64,000 nt of DNA from Marsupella aquatica. Its lineage: Eukaryota; Plantae; Marchantiophyta. How positions within the stretch are numbered: the first letter of the stretch is position 1; each line of letters starts with the position of its first letter. Positions 1 to 13,800 of this stretch are shown here, in pieces. The notes under the pieces were generated by a model. It had not been told where the DNA came from. It saw only the letters and a program-made list of their open reading frames with translations, and made no database searches. The position numbers and the translations under genes are program-made. Location: positions 4,074,018-4,138,017 of the forward strand of contig OZ316891.1 in NCBI GenBank assembly GCA_973895155.1, given 5' to 3'.

Positions 1-855
1 GCGGCTTCGCTTGGATGGAGCTTGAGTTGAATTCTGCATAACCTTAGTATCAGGACCCGCGTAGATGACCACTCCCCAGACGTGTCCAGTATTCTGAAGG
101 CTGGAGTCCCGAAGAAGCAGTTGCGCGGGTCCAACTGGAAACGACTGCCCATCTTGCATCTCCATGTGCCCAGTGAAAGTATAGAGTGATGCATTGGGTG
201 CTTCACATCTGATATCTGCTCGAAAGCCTCCTAAAGAGGCTTCACCGTCGTACTGTTCATTCCATGTACTCTCCAGGGCTCGCCGAGCTTTCAAGTTCGT
301 CTCCCCGTCAAGATTCTTAGTCTCCACATAGCAGACACCGTCAAGTCCGCTGGACGAGAGCAGGAGCAGATCGGCAGGGAAGTACTCTCCATCTGCTACT
401 CGCACCAAGTCACCGATTTGTAAATCCTTCCACCGCAACGTCAGCCTCTCTCCGCCCACGAGAGCTTCCACTGGCGTGGAATTGACAGCCTTATCCCCTC
501 GGGAGCGACGAAGGTCTTCCCAAAATTCACGACCGATTCCGAGACCAAGGACGAAGAATAGCGGGAGCACTATACTCGTCCACGAGTGCGGAGAAAATGG
601 GCTCAGTGACAATAGAGCTATGGCTGTGAAATACCAATAAGCAGCCCTTCGGTACTCCAGAAACAGAGACATTGGCAGAAAATTGATCCATGTGTACTTC
701 CTGGTGGACGTTTTGTTTTTCGGGTATTGGTACTCTTCATGACGCCCTCGGTCATTGCAATGCACGATGCGGGTCTCATCAGAGCCCCCAGCGATTCCTG
801 AGTCCCTTCCGCGACGCCAAAGCTTCTCTAGTTGGCGTCTACAGTAGCTCATCAT
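1..855 (-). CDS. ALA: P4-type ATPase (aminophospholipid flippase, ALA family), first 285 codons; gene runs off the left edge of the window
   Basis: Hand translation from ATG at 855: MMSYCRRQLEKLW...RIVHCND...NKTSTRKYTWINFLPMSLFLEYRRAAYWYF...EFWEDLRR...GDLVRVADGEYFPADLLLLSSS...CYVETKNLDGETNLK...IRCEAPNASLYTFTG...LLLRDSSLQNT...GVVIYAGPDTKVMQNSTQAPSKRSR. DGETNLK is the P4-ATPase actuator motif. No stop or intron in 855 bp. Confidence 0.95.
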   Translation of the reverse strand, partial: MMSYCRRQLEKLWRRGRDSGIAGGSDETRIVHCNDRGRHEEYQYPKNKTSTRKYTWINFLPMSLFLEYRRAAYWYFTAIALLSLSPFSPHSWTSIVLPLFFVLGLGIGREFWEDLRRSRGDKAVNSTPVEALVGGERLTLRWKDLQIGDLVRVADGEYFPADLLLLSSSGLDGVCYVETKNLDGETNLKARRALESTWNEQYDGEASLGGFRADIRCEAPNASLYTFTGHMEMQDGQSFPVGPAQLLLRDSSLQNTGHVWGVVIYAGPDTKVMQNSTQAPSKRSR

Positions 856-2564
856 GGTTGACGATTATTGGGAAACGGGAGCGCGTCACATGTCTACCTT
901 CAGATAACAGGATAGCACCCAAGGTCTCGCTTCAAAGGCGTGCGAGCAATGTCCGAGGGCAAAGAAGAGCAGTTATCATCTTCCAAACGCTGGAGCAAAA
1001 TACGAAGCTCTCAAAATGCTTGCAAGCATCACAACATTCCCACGACTGCACGTCAGTGAATCTCACCGTCTGGACCCGTTCAAAGCAGTCGCTAAAAAGC
1101 AACGTGCCACCCAGTTGCAACAGGCTGTTCTCTCAAAGTCAGTTAGAACTATTATTTTTGACCCAGACGGGTGATTTCCAAGCCACCCCACAGCTCGAAG
1201 TCACCACTCGCTTGGCATAATTTGGGCCCAGAAGACATGTGATAAAACGTTTGCAGAAAGTCGTTGCAATCTATTGCAGCTACAGTGTTGCATTTCTATG
1301 CGATATTTCTGGCTGGCCCCGCTTCTCAGCGTTCTCCAAAAAGAAATGGAGTGAGTCTGACCCTCCTCTCTGGAAACCTCCGTCGTCCGGTAACTGAGAT
1401 CGGCGCCTCGAGCGCGGGCCGGCAGAACAAATGAATCTCTCTAGGGAACCTCAAGGATCGATGCCAGCCAGAGTACTATGCTGAAATGATAAGAACGGGA
1501 CGATGTCTCGTTGGTGAAACCGACGGCTGATTCGGGAAGTGTTGGTCCTCTCCAATCACAAAGTGAATGGAGGATTGCAGCCCTTCATTCTTATTCCGGT
1601 GGACATTCGGATCTCCGAAACCACAGTAGCCTTGCATGCTCCACGTCCCATCCTTGAGAACCACTACGAACCGGACCATATTAGAAAATCAGCAATGTAT
1701 AATGATACATACTGTTGAACATGCTCTCATTCTACAGTTGAGAGACAGGTCTATACAGCTATACCAATGTGCCGGCGAGTCCTGTAGACCGCTTGTTTTC
1801 TTCTTTAACGTTCTCTTTCCTGGGGTTTACAATTTGACTTAGGAAGTGAGTAGACCAAAGCACAGAGACGACAAGTTTTCAATAAGTGATGAGGTACGAA
1901 ATCTGTCCTCTTCCAGTCTTCAATTTGGCTCGGGAATAGACGAAAGCTAAGAGCCGACCTCCGCAAATTTGACGCCTGGCTAACTTTGTAATTTGGCTAA
2001 ATGGACTCTTTTCCGGTGTCCCAACCGCCGCCCCATGACAAGCGAATGCGTGCAACATCGCCAAATCATCATTCAGAAAATGACTATAGGAGCCAGAGAA
2101 GCTTCGAAGCGAAGGAGAAGGCACAATGAAAAAAGTTTCCCAAATAGTTTTTGCGTGTGAAATGGCTCAGATCTATGGTACGTCGTCCGTGCTGTCCAAC
2201 GTTGCCAACAATGGAAGCAATATTCGAGGGAAAAAGTTTCAGAGCCAGAGTAGTTTCGAGGCAAAGGCTGGAGGGTCTGTAAGCAAGTCAATGTTGAAGA
2301 AGTCCACAAGCACCATCAGTTTTATGTCTCAAGCTAGAATATTTTACGTCAGTTTATTGTACACGATGAGCAGTCCCACTGTTTCGGATTTGATCAGAAA
2401 CCCGTTCTCCGCTCTCTGAGTAATGCATAAAAACATTTCAGCAGGTTGAACCTTGCTGCGCGGGTCAACAAGGTCATGACTCTTTCTTGTCCGGTTTAGG
2501 AGTACAGTCTTGACTCTTTCTTCTCAGGTTTAGGAGTACACATATTCATTTTCTCCCTGCCAGT

Positions 2565-3050
2565 AATCCACACATCAAAATGTGGTCCCTGCCCTAATCA
2601 CACATCAAAATGTGATAATATACTATGTGCACATGGTATGCTATGGACTGATGTAATACCCCACCATACATCAAAATGTGATATGTGATAATATACTGTG
2701 TGCATATGGTATGGAGTGATACAGTCACACACCACCATATATGTTATATTTGATGTGCAGTTGGTAACATATGGTGTGCATTCATTGATTAAAAAAAAAC
2801 ACTCAGTGATTTCTTGAAACTCAAGAGATTTATCATGGTATGGAGTGATGTCCACATTGTATATATCAATAATGATATTTATCATAGTATTATATGATGT
2901 AGAAAACTGAAGAGATTTATCATGGTATGGACTGATGTCTTACACCATGTCATATTTTGATAGGTTTTACATGATGTAGGAAACTAGGGAGGTTTATGAT
3001 GGTAAGGAATGATGTCTTACACGATGTCATATTTTGATATGCATGTTTCG
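2565..3050. repeat. AT-rich patch with repeated CA(C/T)ACATCAAAATGTG motifs, inverted copies and a duplicated ~30-mer; probable small DNA-element remnant
   Basis: catcaaaatgtg near 2575, 2605 and 2670; inverted catattttgat at ~2951 and ~3028; aagagatttatcatggtatgga-tgatgtc at ~2823 and ~2909. Confidence 0.45.
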
Positions 3051-3265
3051 ATATGCATTTACCGGGACCCATATTTTCTCCTCCTTGGTCAACATGTAAG
3101 GACCTCGTGGAGAGGATCTCCCCCCTTCTTGTCCGGCTTGGGTACAAATATTTTTCTCCTTTTCCATTCATTGTGGAGCAGCTTCTACTACGACGGTCAA
3201 GCTGCGGTACTTATGGCCAGGCTTGTGGCGCTCATGAGAGACTCGTCCCGTCAACTTTACAGTTA

Positions 3266-3461
3266 GTCAGAAAGGAATCTGTCTATCGAGCCACAGGCGG
3301 CAATGAGTTTACAATCGGCAATGAGTCAGAGCAGGGCTCAGGTTACATGACTACAAATTCATGGTCAGAAAGGAATCTGTCGATCGAGCCACAGGCGGCA
3401 ATGAGTTTACAATCGGCAATGAGTCAGAGCAGGGCTCAGGTTACTTGACTGCAAATTCATG
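3266..3461. repeat. 98-bp tandem duplication (2 copies)
   Basis: gtcagaaaggaatctgtc...caaattcatg starts at 3266 and 3364, with few substitutions. Confidence 0.9.
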
Positions 3462-4079
3462 ACTTACATGTAACGCACGCTCCTGCAGATGATCCTATCA
3501 TAGACTTTGCACAGCACTCAACTGAACAATCTTTACACTTATGGAGAGGATGTGAATGGCAAATCTTTGAGACTGAGTCCGGGCTTACCATAGCTCGACT
3601 TGTGGAAGGGATGACTAAACTTTTCAATGAGTGCATTTGATCGATTTTCTTAAAACGTGAGGTGTGGGAGTGTCAGACACTTAAGTTTTCATCTCTGTTT
3701 GAGTGTTTACTGTTCATCTTTTATTCTTTACTCCAGGTTGATAAGAATCGCATGTGTCTCGCCTCAATTTTTAAACTTAGGGGGTGGATAGTCATATACG
3801 GTAAAAAATTTACAATCCTGGAGTTGAACCCAAATCAAATCAGCTCGAGCTTTCCTGCAGGGATGATACCATTCCCGCCTGTCCGTCCCTCACCTGTGTA
3901 TACTAGGAGCTCTAGGTCTCCAAGAAAGTTACTACCAGCCAGAGACATCAAGAGACACACCAAAGAGCTAGCTAGTAGGTAAACCAAAGCCTTCTCCCAC
4001 TCTTGAGTTACCCACTAAAGTGTCCGCCAGCTGCGCTCGAATTCACGATGTCAAAGGGAACACTCAGGACTGTCGACTG

Positions 4080-4522
4080 ATCACTGTTTTAACGACTAAC
4101 TATCACTTTAACATGAGAATTGTGCAAATATCAGTCCATACTCTTTGCAACAGTAATAGAAGCTCTTCACCCCTCTATCCAAAAGGTTTCTGCTCACTGT
4201 TTTGACGACTAACTATAACTGGACTGGAACGAGAATTGCTGAAATCTAAGCTCACTCTCTGCTAATAGTAGTAGAAGTTCCTCACCCAAGTCTCCAATTC
4301 AAAAGGTTTCTGACCCACTATTTTGAAGACTAACTGTGACCAAACATGAAAATTGTTCAACTCTAAGTCAGTAGTCTCTGCAAACAGTAGTAGAAGTTCC
4401 TCACCCAAGTCTCCAATTCAAAAGGTTTCTGACCCACTATTTTGAAGACTAACTGTGACCAAACATGAAAATTGTTCAACTCTAAGTCAGTAGTCTCTGC
4501 AAACAGTAGTAGAAGTTCCTCA
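4080..4522. repeat. ~119-bp tandem repeat, about 4 copies; the last copies identical, the first diverged
   Basis: agtagtagaagttcctca...ctctgcaaac at 4267 and 4386, partial at 4505; diverged copies at 4080-4266. Confidence 0.85.
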
Positions 4523-5731
4523 ATAAGTCTCGAAAAGTCTCGACTGGTCAAACGACTACCTAGCAATTGTCATGTTCATGGAAAAGCTGAAAATTTTGGC
4601 TAAGAACAAAGCTCCTGTTGGACTACTAGAAGTCTCTCTGTGGGCTCCAAGTTTGCACTTCCACTCTTGAAGCTGGTCCAAAGCAGCATAGAATACGATG
4701 TCAGATGACGCTGAGAAAGCACTTGTAACCCTCAAGAATAGTATTAAACTCAAGTGCATCAAACCGTCTTGCTTCATATGACATTAGTATGACCAACGGT
4801 GGAGCCGATATTTGGATTAGAGTACACCACTGCGTACCGCGGCAGCTGATGAATTCTAATTGTATTTCTCTCCCCAAACTTTTCTGGTACATCTAGATTA
4901 GAAGCTAGCCATGTGGACATCCTACACTATGTGATCTGTTTCTGTTTCTCATACTGTAAAGGAAGCCATTTTATCAGAATACCAAGCATATGTAAGCTGG
5001 ACATGCTCAACGAATAATAATTGGGGGTCTCCAGATTGAAATTTGATAATGCATTAACAATTATGTAAGGCCCAACTGAAAGGAAGATCTCGTAAACACT
5101 GCATTGTGCCTTGGTAACATTTGGCACAAAAGCAATCACCGTTGGGAAATAAATATGCGCGAGCTGAATCACACCTCTCAATGACAGGTCCATTGTAATT
5201 GCTCAAGACAACCAACCCATTTCCATGGTTCTTTCTTGATCAATGTATCCAGCTCACTAGCACAAGAAACTCAACAGAACAGATTATACTATCCCTTGAT
5301 TATCAAATTATTCCAGAAGAGGCAAATATATTAGTAAACATCGTATCAAAACGGTTTGCGCAATTCGAAGAACAATTAAAGCTTAAGTGGTATCACAAGA
5401 ACTCAAGAACTCAAAGAAGAAGAATCTAATGATGTTCCTGCCTCTTTTCCCTCCATATTGAATTTCGAAGAACACCAAATTGTCCAAAACTGGGATAAAT
5501 GAAAATATTCAAGTGACAACCCCATCAATACACTCTTTACTACAAGTCTCTGGCATTTTTGTAAACTTCTATAATAGCCCTTCAGAAACTGATAGTGAAA
5601 ATCTACACTATTCCCCTCAATGTAATTGATAACCTTACAGATGACCATCTAGATCAATCAATCTACCCATCCTGGGTTTTGTAAGAATGACTTTCCTATA
5701 CCATAAAATGCCTGGATAGAGATTCACACCT

Positions 5732-8700
5732 TTACCCTGCTCTTGAAAAATATTCATTAACAAGGGAAGAGAAAAGAGACTTCGGTCTGTCCAACAGCGA
5801 CGAAGGAGTCCCATAATCAACAACCTTACCTGCGCAAAAATTAACAAAACAACGACAAACGCAATCAGAAGTCCAAATAAACTCCATCCTCCAGAAAGGG
5901 AACAAGCCCTGTAACAGTTTGATTTCAGTGGTACCACTGCTTATGATGAACCCAAACTACAAATTAAGCGTCACAATCTCCCATAAAAGTTAAGTGCATA
6001 ATGGAAGCCTTCTATCCTTCAATCCCCAAGATCATTGCACCATGTATTGATAACCTGCACAAGATGTTACTTGGAAACCCCAAATTGTTAGTATGCACCT
6101 ACCAAACTAGAACTCTCCTCATCAGGAGCCAGAGTTAGGACTATTCTCTCGAACAAGGCTGAATAAGATGTTTATGGGGTGCAGACCAGGGTAAAAACCG
6201 TGAAGCAACCATTGCTTAAAATCATAACAGAGGATGTTTAAATCACAAAATGTACTCCACAACAACATCATGAGGAAAATCCAAAGTTTTGGAAAAGATA
6301 GACAAAAACATATCTTACCAGCATCGAGGACCAAAACCTTATCGCTCGTCATTACAGTGGGGATCCGATGAGCAATACTGATAACTGTACAGTAGGCAAA
6401 ATCTTGCTGCACTATTTTCTGTATCAAAGCATCAGTCTCTGAATCTACCGATGACGTCGCCTCGTCCAGAAAAACAATCTGGGAGTGTTTGAGTAAAACT
6501 CGTCCTAGGCAGAAGAGCTGTCGTTGTCCTAAACTCCAGTTTCCTCCATTTGACAAAACTGCACACAAACTCTTGATCAGCAGCAGGTTGGGGAAAGGTT
6601 CAGTTCAAAATTCTCTTGATCAAGGCTAGTTTTAAGCAAGGTAACTTCGCTTATCTCCAAGGATCTCAAAGCCTCTAAATTATAGGTGGCTTTTGACCAT
6701 AAACAAATGGACATGACTTTTTCAAAGTGTTATGTAAGAAGAAAAAAAACTACTTCTAGCTCTACAGTGACTAATGGTCATGGCATATGACCAATCTTTA
6801 TGGCAAAAAGTTGTGGACTATGTATTTGGTAGTCCGTAACTGTTTGTGTCCATAACCTTAACTACGGAGTTAGGCCCATCAAATTGTGAGCTTGGAGACC
6901 CCCTAATAAACCTGACGTGCTTTCTCCTTTCCAAACAGCAGCAGTCATTGCGCATCTGTCACTTGTCTTGTACTTGAGCATGGAGTCCAGGACTCTAAGA
7001 AACTTGTTCACTCCTTTCCAAATGCAACAGTACCCCTTTTATAACCTTTGAGAATGCATCGGGTATAAACATGGAGCAAACTCAGCAACTAGCATCCACA
7101 ATCTTTCATATACACAAATGGTGGCCACTACTACAGTCCCCACTTCAAGAGCCCTCACGTAAGAATAGGGGCATGAGAACAGTGGGCTTCAACAGGACAC
7201 AAACAATGATGCCAAAAACCAGAGAATTCCCACGACACGAGGACACGAGGAGGCTTTATCTACCTGGAGTATCAAGCTTGCCCTCGAGTTGCCGCACATT
7301 TGATGCCAATTGACATTTCTCCAACGCCTATATCACACATTAAAATCCTCGTCACACACCGTAGCGAAAACTGGTCAAGTTTATCTGATGCCAAGAATGG
7401 AGGACAGAGGGATCTTTCCTTCCTACTCAAAATTGCACTACACATGAGAGCTCGATGTACCATTAGCTGTTAACCTGATACGACTGTTCTCGACACAAAA
7501 AGCTCAGTGTGTTAGAGGTACCCCACCTCCCACATTTCGGCATCGGAATGCTCTCCAATAGGGTCCAAGTTGCTCCTTATTGTGCCGTCAAATAAGACGG
7601 GGTCTTGCGGGATGATACTCAGCCTGGAGCGCAAGTCCGTCAGCCCAATAGTACTGACGTCTAAATTATCTATGAGGATCCGCCCTTCCGCAGGTTCCAC
7701 CAGTCTGAATAACGCAGATATAAGACTACTTTTCCCGCTTCCTGTTCTCCCAACCACGCCGATGTTTTGGCCGCCGTTGATGGTTACACTGATACCCTTC
7801 AAAACAAGTGGAGTATCTGGTCTGTACCGAAGCTGAGACAATACACAAACTTCGTCACAATCCATGCTATTTGGAATACAAACATGCGATTCAGATTAGT
7901 ATTGCAATATGATCTTCATCAACAATGATGAGGCTCATCGCCAAGATTGCAACTCTCTTTGTCTACCCTCTTTGACAATTAAATCAACTGAAGCAACTAA
8001 AACAGCAGGGGGTCAATATTTTGCAGAATTCATCTTTGTAGACAGCAGAAGAAGAAAAGAATGTGGAGAACGAGTGAGTTTATTAAGAAATGAAGGTCGG
8101 CTGAAGTGCAACAGCATATCTGAGGGCACCCTACGCCAACATGGTAATTTCTAGTGGGCAGGAAATTTACGTACCTTCAAGTTTTCGAGCACAATGGTGC
8201 CCTGAGGAGGCCAACTGGACGGGGGCCGAGGCTCGATGACCAAAGGTGCCTCACTCGGTAACTTTGTGTACTGCATAATACGCTCCACTGAGACCATCCT
8301 GTTCTCCACGTTACAGGCAAGCATGACCGTGTTGTAGAGAGTTGTATTGAGGGAAAGAATATAGGCGAATGCCAACCCAATCAGATCTGTAAGATGAGAA
8401 CAATCGCCACCATTAGCATTCTACTTGCGGTTAATCGAATTACTTTGAGTCCTCAGCACCACTTGTTCACAACTAAATTGGATAGCATCTGTGGCTCATA
8501 TTATCCACATGCATAATCCCTCAAACGGTACATAGTCAGGATTCATATTGCCATACTATGCCATTAGAGTGTTTGACAAGTTAATATACACGACAAGTAA
8601 GGAGCTCAGGAGAAGAGTTGGAAACTTTTAGACAAAAGCAGGAACGGATTGTGGGGGGGGGCCGGGGGGGGGTGGCGGGAGGCGATTTCCACTCCTGGTT

Positions 8701-11700
8701 GGCTACACAACGCAAACCAAAGACCTGGTGCGCCTCCGTTTAAGCTAAATCCATACCAAAAGGATTGCCCTGCTCTAACTGCCAAGAGGAGGAGCACCTT
8801 TCAAAGGTCTGAAAGAATGAAGGGAACTGATCATCACAAGTTGGGGAAATGGATTAAATCACTAACTTGGATTTATGGGGCCGGCAGGAGGAAACATTAA
8901 CAAGATGGCCGATCCCAATAAGAACAGAACAGCTATTAACTCCATTCGGAGCCCAACCCACTCTGCTGCTGCATTGGTGTGGAAATCCATCCTTAGGCTG
9001 GAATTGACGCGATCCTCATTTTCTTTGGCAAATCTATTCTGCTGCAGAAAGCATCGAATCGTAGAAATCCCGCTCACAGTTTCTGAGAAGTGCGATATTA
9101 TAGGCGCCTTCGTTATCCCATCCATCCTGCTCAGCTCCCTTGAACTTGCGAGGTAGTAGACCTGAAGTTCAACCATGTCCATACACGCCACCACATTGAC
9201 GAGTCAGAACTAATGCTGGCGTCCATCGCCTTGATGTTCCAAAACTAGGATCATTTAACCCAACCCTGGGTCAGAGGATGAAAACTCATTTTTCAAGTAG
9301 TCTTCCATATAGCTCTGTCAGTGCTAGACTTGACCTTGTCCTGTTTTTTTTAATTTTCAAGGGAGCCCCATGAGCTTCAAGTATGACATGCAAAACTTCA
9401 GTGAAGGATCACCATGATCCTCACTACATATCAAAATCGAATAATTTTAGAAATGAAGGGAGGTGGGTAGGATCACTAAAAGGTATCGGCTGGCTTGGTT
9501 ACTAACAGCGGTCAAACAAATGCTGGAAACGAATGTGCTGGCTAGAGAAGCTAAGGGAGTTATCTTAAGAGTAACACCCACCAGACTCCAAGAAATTGTC
9601 CATTTTAATTTTCAGGCAGTGAACATAACCATATGAAATGTAAAGTTCAACGCCCTGCCCTTCACAGCATTTAACATGTGAAATGCTGTGAAGCACGAGA
9701 CCAAACTTCTTTGAACTTACAAGAGTCTGGTTCAGACTTCTACCTGATACCTCCAAAAGGTGATCCACAAAAGTATCACCAACGCGACGACCTGCCAGAT
9801 GATTTGGCAAGCAACCGCCAATATTCCAAGAGTTTGGAAAAACACAGAAAGTACAGCTCCCATCTGCATAGGGACCATGTAATCAACGAAGCCCTGATCT
9901 GCAGTAGACTGCAAAACACAAAATTGAAAGGGAAAAAAAAATCCATCAGACTAGCGAAACGGAGAAAAAAAATCCAACAACGAAAGGCTAATCGTATGCC
10001 ACAATTCCACATCCTTGAAGTCCCTAAAGGAAGGCCAGAAATTAGTGCTTGTGGTGAGAAATCCTGCCATTACTTTTTGCATTTTCTCAATTCACGATAT
10101 TCTCCTATTTTCCAAACTATCTTAAGGACTGGTAATATGTAAAACATAGCCTCTCTTTACACCCACGAAGTCACGTGTATGTATGTATATACAACTGCTT
10201 AAAAGTCAACGATTGAACCAGCTGGGTCTCCAATATAGGCGGGAATATAGGTGAATGGGCAGTAGTTTCTAAGCGCCATGCCAAAAAATCTCTGAACGAA
10301 GTAGTGAGTAGCAGTAGCAATTTTTTACCCTGCTTAAAATTCTTCCGTTCGGTGTCGTTTCAAAAAATGACATTGGAGCACGAAAAACGCTCTTCAACAT
10401 CCCAAGGAAAAGAAGCTGAGCTGTGACCAGTCCCAATAATGCTACTAGCATCGTCCGGAAGAAGACGCAAATTGCACATGAAAATGCAAGACCAGCGTAT
10501 ACATAAATAAAACGCTTTGCTTTTGAAGTTTCTCCAGAGGTGAAATCTGCTTCATATGCGACCCAATAATCGCCAGCAACTAAAGTAAGCTGCCAAATAG
10601 TCTGCACTGCCATCACAGCAATTACCAACAGACCTCTGTAAGGCTTTGTTAAATACGCCCAGTACACCCAGAAGCCAACACGGCCAGATTCTCTTTCCTC
10701 AGTTTCAATTAGGCGCCCTATATCCTTTCCACTTTGTTCACCATGAACATCATTTTCTCCAGAGTGATCTTCCAGCTCGTCCAGCTGTCCAACTTCGGCA
10801 GAAATACGTGGCTTCAAACCTAAATCATCTCCTGGGACTTCCGGCAAATTTGCCTCCCCCGCTTGATAATCAGTTACTCTTCCCATGGCTTCACTGTGAG
10901 CGCCGACGAGAGCCTGAAAGTCACTTCCTTCCACTAAGAGATCGCCATACTTGCCTGATTGGACAATTTTGCCATCTCTCATAACCTGTTTACAACAGCA
11001 TTCACTGAGTGAAAATATCCGTAGAACCCAAATAGAAATGTTAGAAAAGACAACCGTGATCTCAAATGACCAGGTCAGCTGACCACAATGACTACAATTT
11101 TTTAGCTCTAAGTGGGAGTAAAAATAAGAACCCTCACCAGGATCAAATCTGCTTGGGGTAGAAATTCGATTTGGTGCGTGACCAAAACCACCGTCTTTCC
11201 CTTCAGAACTCCAAGGACACATTCCTGGCCGTGCAAAGTGCCTTTAGGCGGCATTTCATCAATAAGGAGACAAACAGAGAATTTCGCGGAATTAACTCTT
11301 TGTCGTGCTCTACTCAAATTGCAAAACAAGACCATCAGATATCCAGAGCCAATAAGCTGCGATCGTACCAAGGACGTAAAACATCATCCAAAGAAAGTAC
11401 ATCAACCAGATATAAAAGAAGGTAAAACCTTCAATTCAGCATAGACAGGACATCTTGAAAATGTTATTGGTAGTCGGTTGAACTGGTAGATATCTCAACC
11501 ACGAAGACTTTGACGTAATTCGCTAGATGGCTGCATATACCAGACAGATGCTTTCCACGCAAGAAATTGAATACAGGAGTAGCCCGAAAACTTTCTTACC
11601 CGGAACAGGTGAGAACCAGTGTGCGCATCTACTGCACTGAAGATGTCATCAAGAAAATAGATGTCCGAGTCCTGATATAGTGCACGAGCAAGTTGGATGC

Positions 11701-13800
11701 GCTGCTTTTGCCCTCCACTCAGATTAATACCCTGTTCTCCAATCTCAGTCATATCCCCAAATTCCATCTGAGCGAGGTCCGGCAATAATGCACAAGCACG
11801 ACAAGTACGGTCATACCGTGCTTTATCCATGGGAAGTCCAAACAGGATGCAATCCCGGATGGTCGCATTTTGAATCCAAGCTGTTTGATTTACACATGCC
11901 GTGCTTCCACTCGTCGTTACCTGATCACCAGCATAGGCCGACAGTGATAAGTGACGGCGTGAAAAGCGATTGAAGCGAGATTGCAACAAATTCAATGGAA
12001 GCAATGAGTGCTCATTCGAATCCGACACAGTTATAGCTGTATTTCAAAGTTTTCAAAGCTTAAAATTCAAATACTAAATAAAATTGAGTCTCAGAATTCG
12101 TCTCTTAATGAACGTTTCCATCGTAGAAATTGACTCATAACGAAATTTTGATCGTGAAGTTTGACTCGTAAACCTGATTAATAGACACATACATATATCT
12201 CGACAGGGAATTTCAAAACAGTTCTCAATTGGTGACGTGCCAGATTGAAGGCTCGCCAAATGAAAAAACCCAAAATCTAACTCACCAATAGCGATCCCTC
12301 CACTAATTTTCCGGATCCCAATTTTCCATAGGTCCACGGGATCTAAATGACCAGCAGATTGAACATTACCATGCCTACGACTTTGGGGATCTCTCCTTGC
12401 AGGGCAGATAGAAGGGAACTCTTCCCACTCCCAACTCTCCCAACGACGGCTACGAGCAGCCCCGAGTGTATCTTCACATTTATATTTTCCAGGGTCGGTC
12501 TGCTGTCAGCCTCTACATCCCAAGTGAAAGATCCTCCATCAATTCTGATTGCAGTATCCATCCCTGAGCCAAGTTTGACCACAGCATCCTCCTGTAGCTC
12601 TTCACACCACAAAAATCCGTCAAGACGGTTCATCGAGGTCAGGGCCTGAGAGAAAGCGATGAGAGTATTGGGAAACAGTCGCAGCAGCTCTTGGAGAACC
12701 CGGACTGTTGCAATGATTGTGAATGCCATACTTGGATTGAACCCCCGGCCCAGGAAAATGGACGTTGCAAATATTGCCACAGCCATGGCCAGCGGTGAAA
12801 GCCAAATCACGAAGATACCAGTCGCAACCGTGTAGGTGAAATTTCTCCCTGCTCTATACTCTGGAAGCCTTGCCTTCTCCACAATGTCAAAAAACTTCTC
12901 ATCCCAAGCCTGGAGTTTGATGATCTTCATGCTCGCCAAAGCCTCCACGAGGGCCTTGAGTCTGAAATCTCTGGCCTTCATGTACACCTTGATCAATGCC
13001 CCCAGAGAGGTTCCCAACCATAATGACACCCCTCCCGTGATGACCATCACAGCGAACCCTGCGATGGATGACAGTCCCACAACTGGGTACATTGCAATGC
13101 CACCCAGCAGAACTTGAACCGGAATAATCCACACATTGTTAATTTGGATCATCAAGTCCGCAATATTCTGCACATCGATCGCCATGTGGTTCGTGATGGG
13201 CCCAAGACCGTGGCTCTGCCGGGAAAGGCTCGAGAGACGCAGCCCCTTACGATAAATGGTGGTGATGAGAGCGGATTTTATGCGCATTCCAAGCTTGGCA
13301 CAGTAGAAATTGTATTGGTGACCAGCCACTGCCTCCACCAATTTTGCAGCAACCAGGAGGAAGACCAGGACATACCGCTCATAGGCGTAAGACTCGCCTG
13401 CAGAGGCCACCCCCACGAAGCTCTGAATTAATATGGGGCCAACGAAGAGCACCGACAGCCTGATGCCGCCCATCAATGCGCTAACCAGAAATTCCAACCA
13501 GAATGTTTTCACCAGAGTCCATCCCACCGCGTTGGGGGCCTTCACCTCCGGCCAAACGGCTCTGAAGCGCTTGTACAATTCCCCAGTTTGGTCCGGTGGT
13601 GCCAGGAGAGGGACATCATCTTGGACGATAGATTTCCCAGCACCCACTCGGAGAAAGGGGTTCAACCACGCGAACCCAACCTTGCTGAAAAGCCCAGCCC
13701 TGGCAAAGTCTGTCACCCGCTTCTCCCCCTTCACGTCCTTCGGTTGTGGATCAGCATCCCCGTTGCTCTGAAGGAGAGGCTCCTTGAGACCTCCTCCCAT
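5732..13800 (-). CDS. ABCC (MRP-type) ABC transporter, 11 exons, 1291 aa, TMD1-NBD1-TMD2-NBD2
   Basis: Exons with GT-AG borders and consistent phase: 13800-12370, 11920-11600, 11224-11138, 10985-10329, 9908-9744, 9161-8867, 8386-8175, 7832-7527, 7327-7264, 6558-6319, 5829-5732 (sum 3876 nt). NBD1: [16 protein letters not shown], degenerate Walker B YFLDD. NBD2: [26 protein letters not shown]-terminus ...[14 protein letters not shown]. The start codon is inferred. Confidence 0.93.

Noticed and set aside
690-1220. 176-aa + strand ORF
   Set aside because: Antisense to the ALA start and upstream region; no recognisable domain.
1879-2419. Several 80-100-aa ORFs on both strands
   Set aside because: No family recognised; may be a decayed gene but unsupported.
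4556-5430. Short ORFs downstream of the ABCC
   Set aside because: No motifs or consistent exon chain found.
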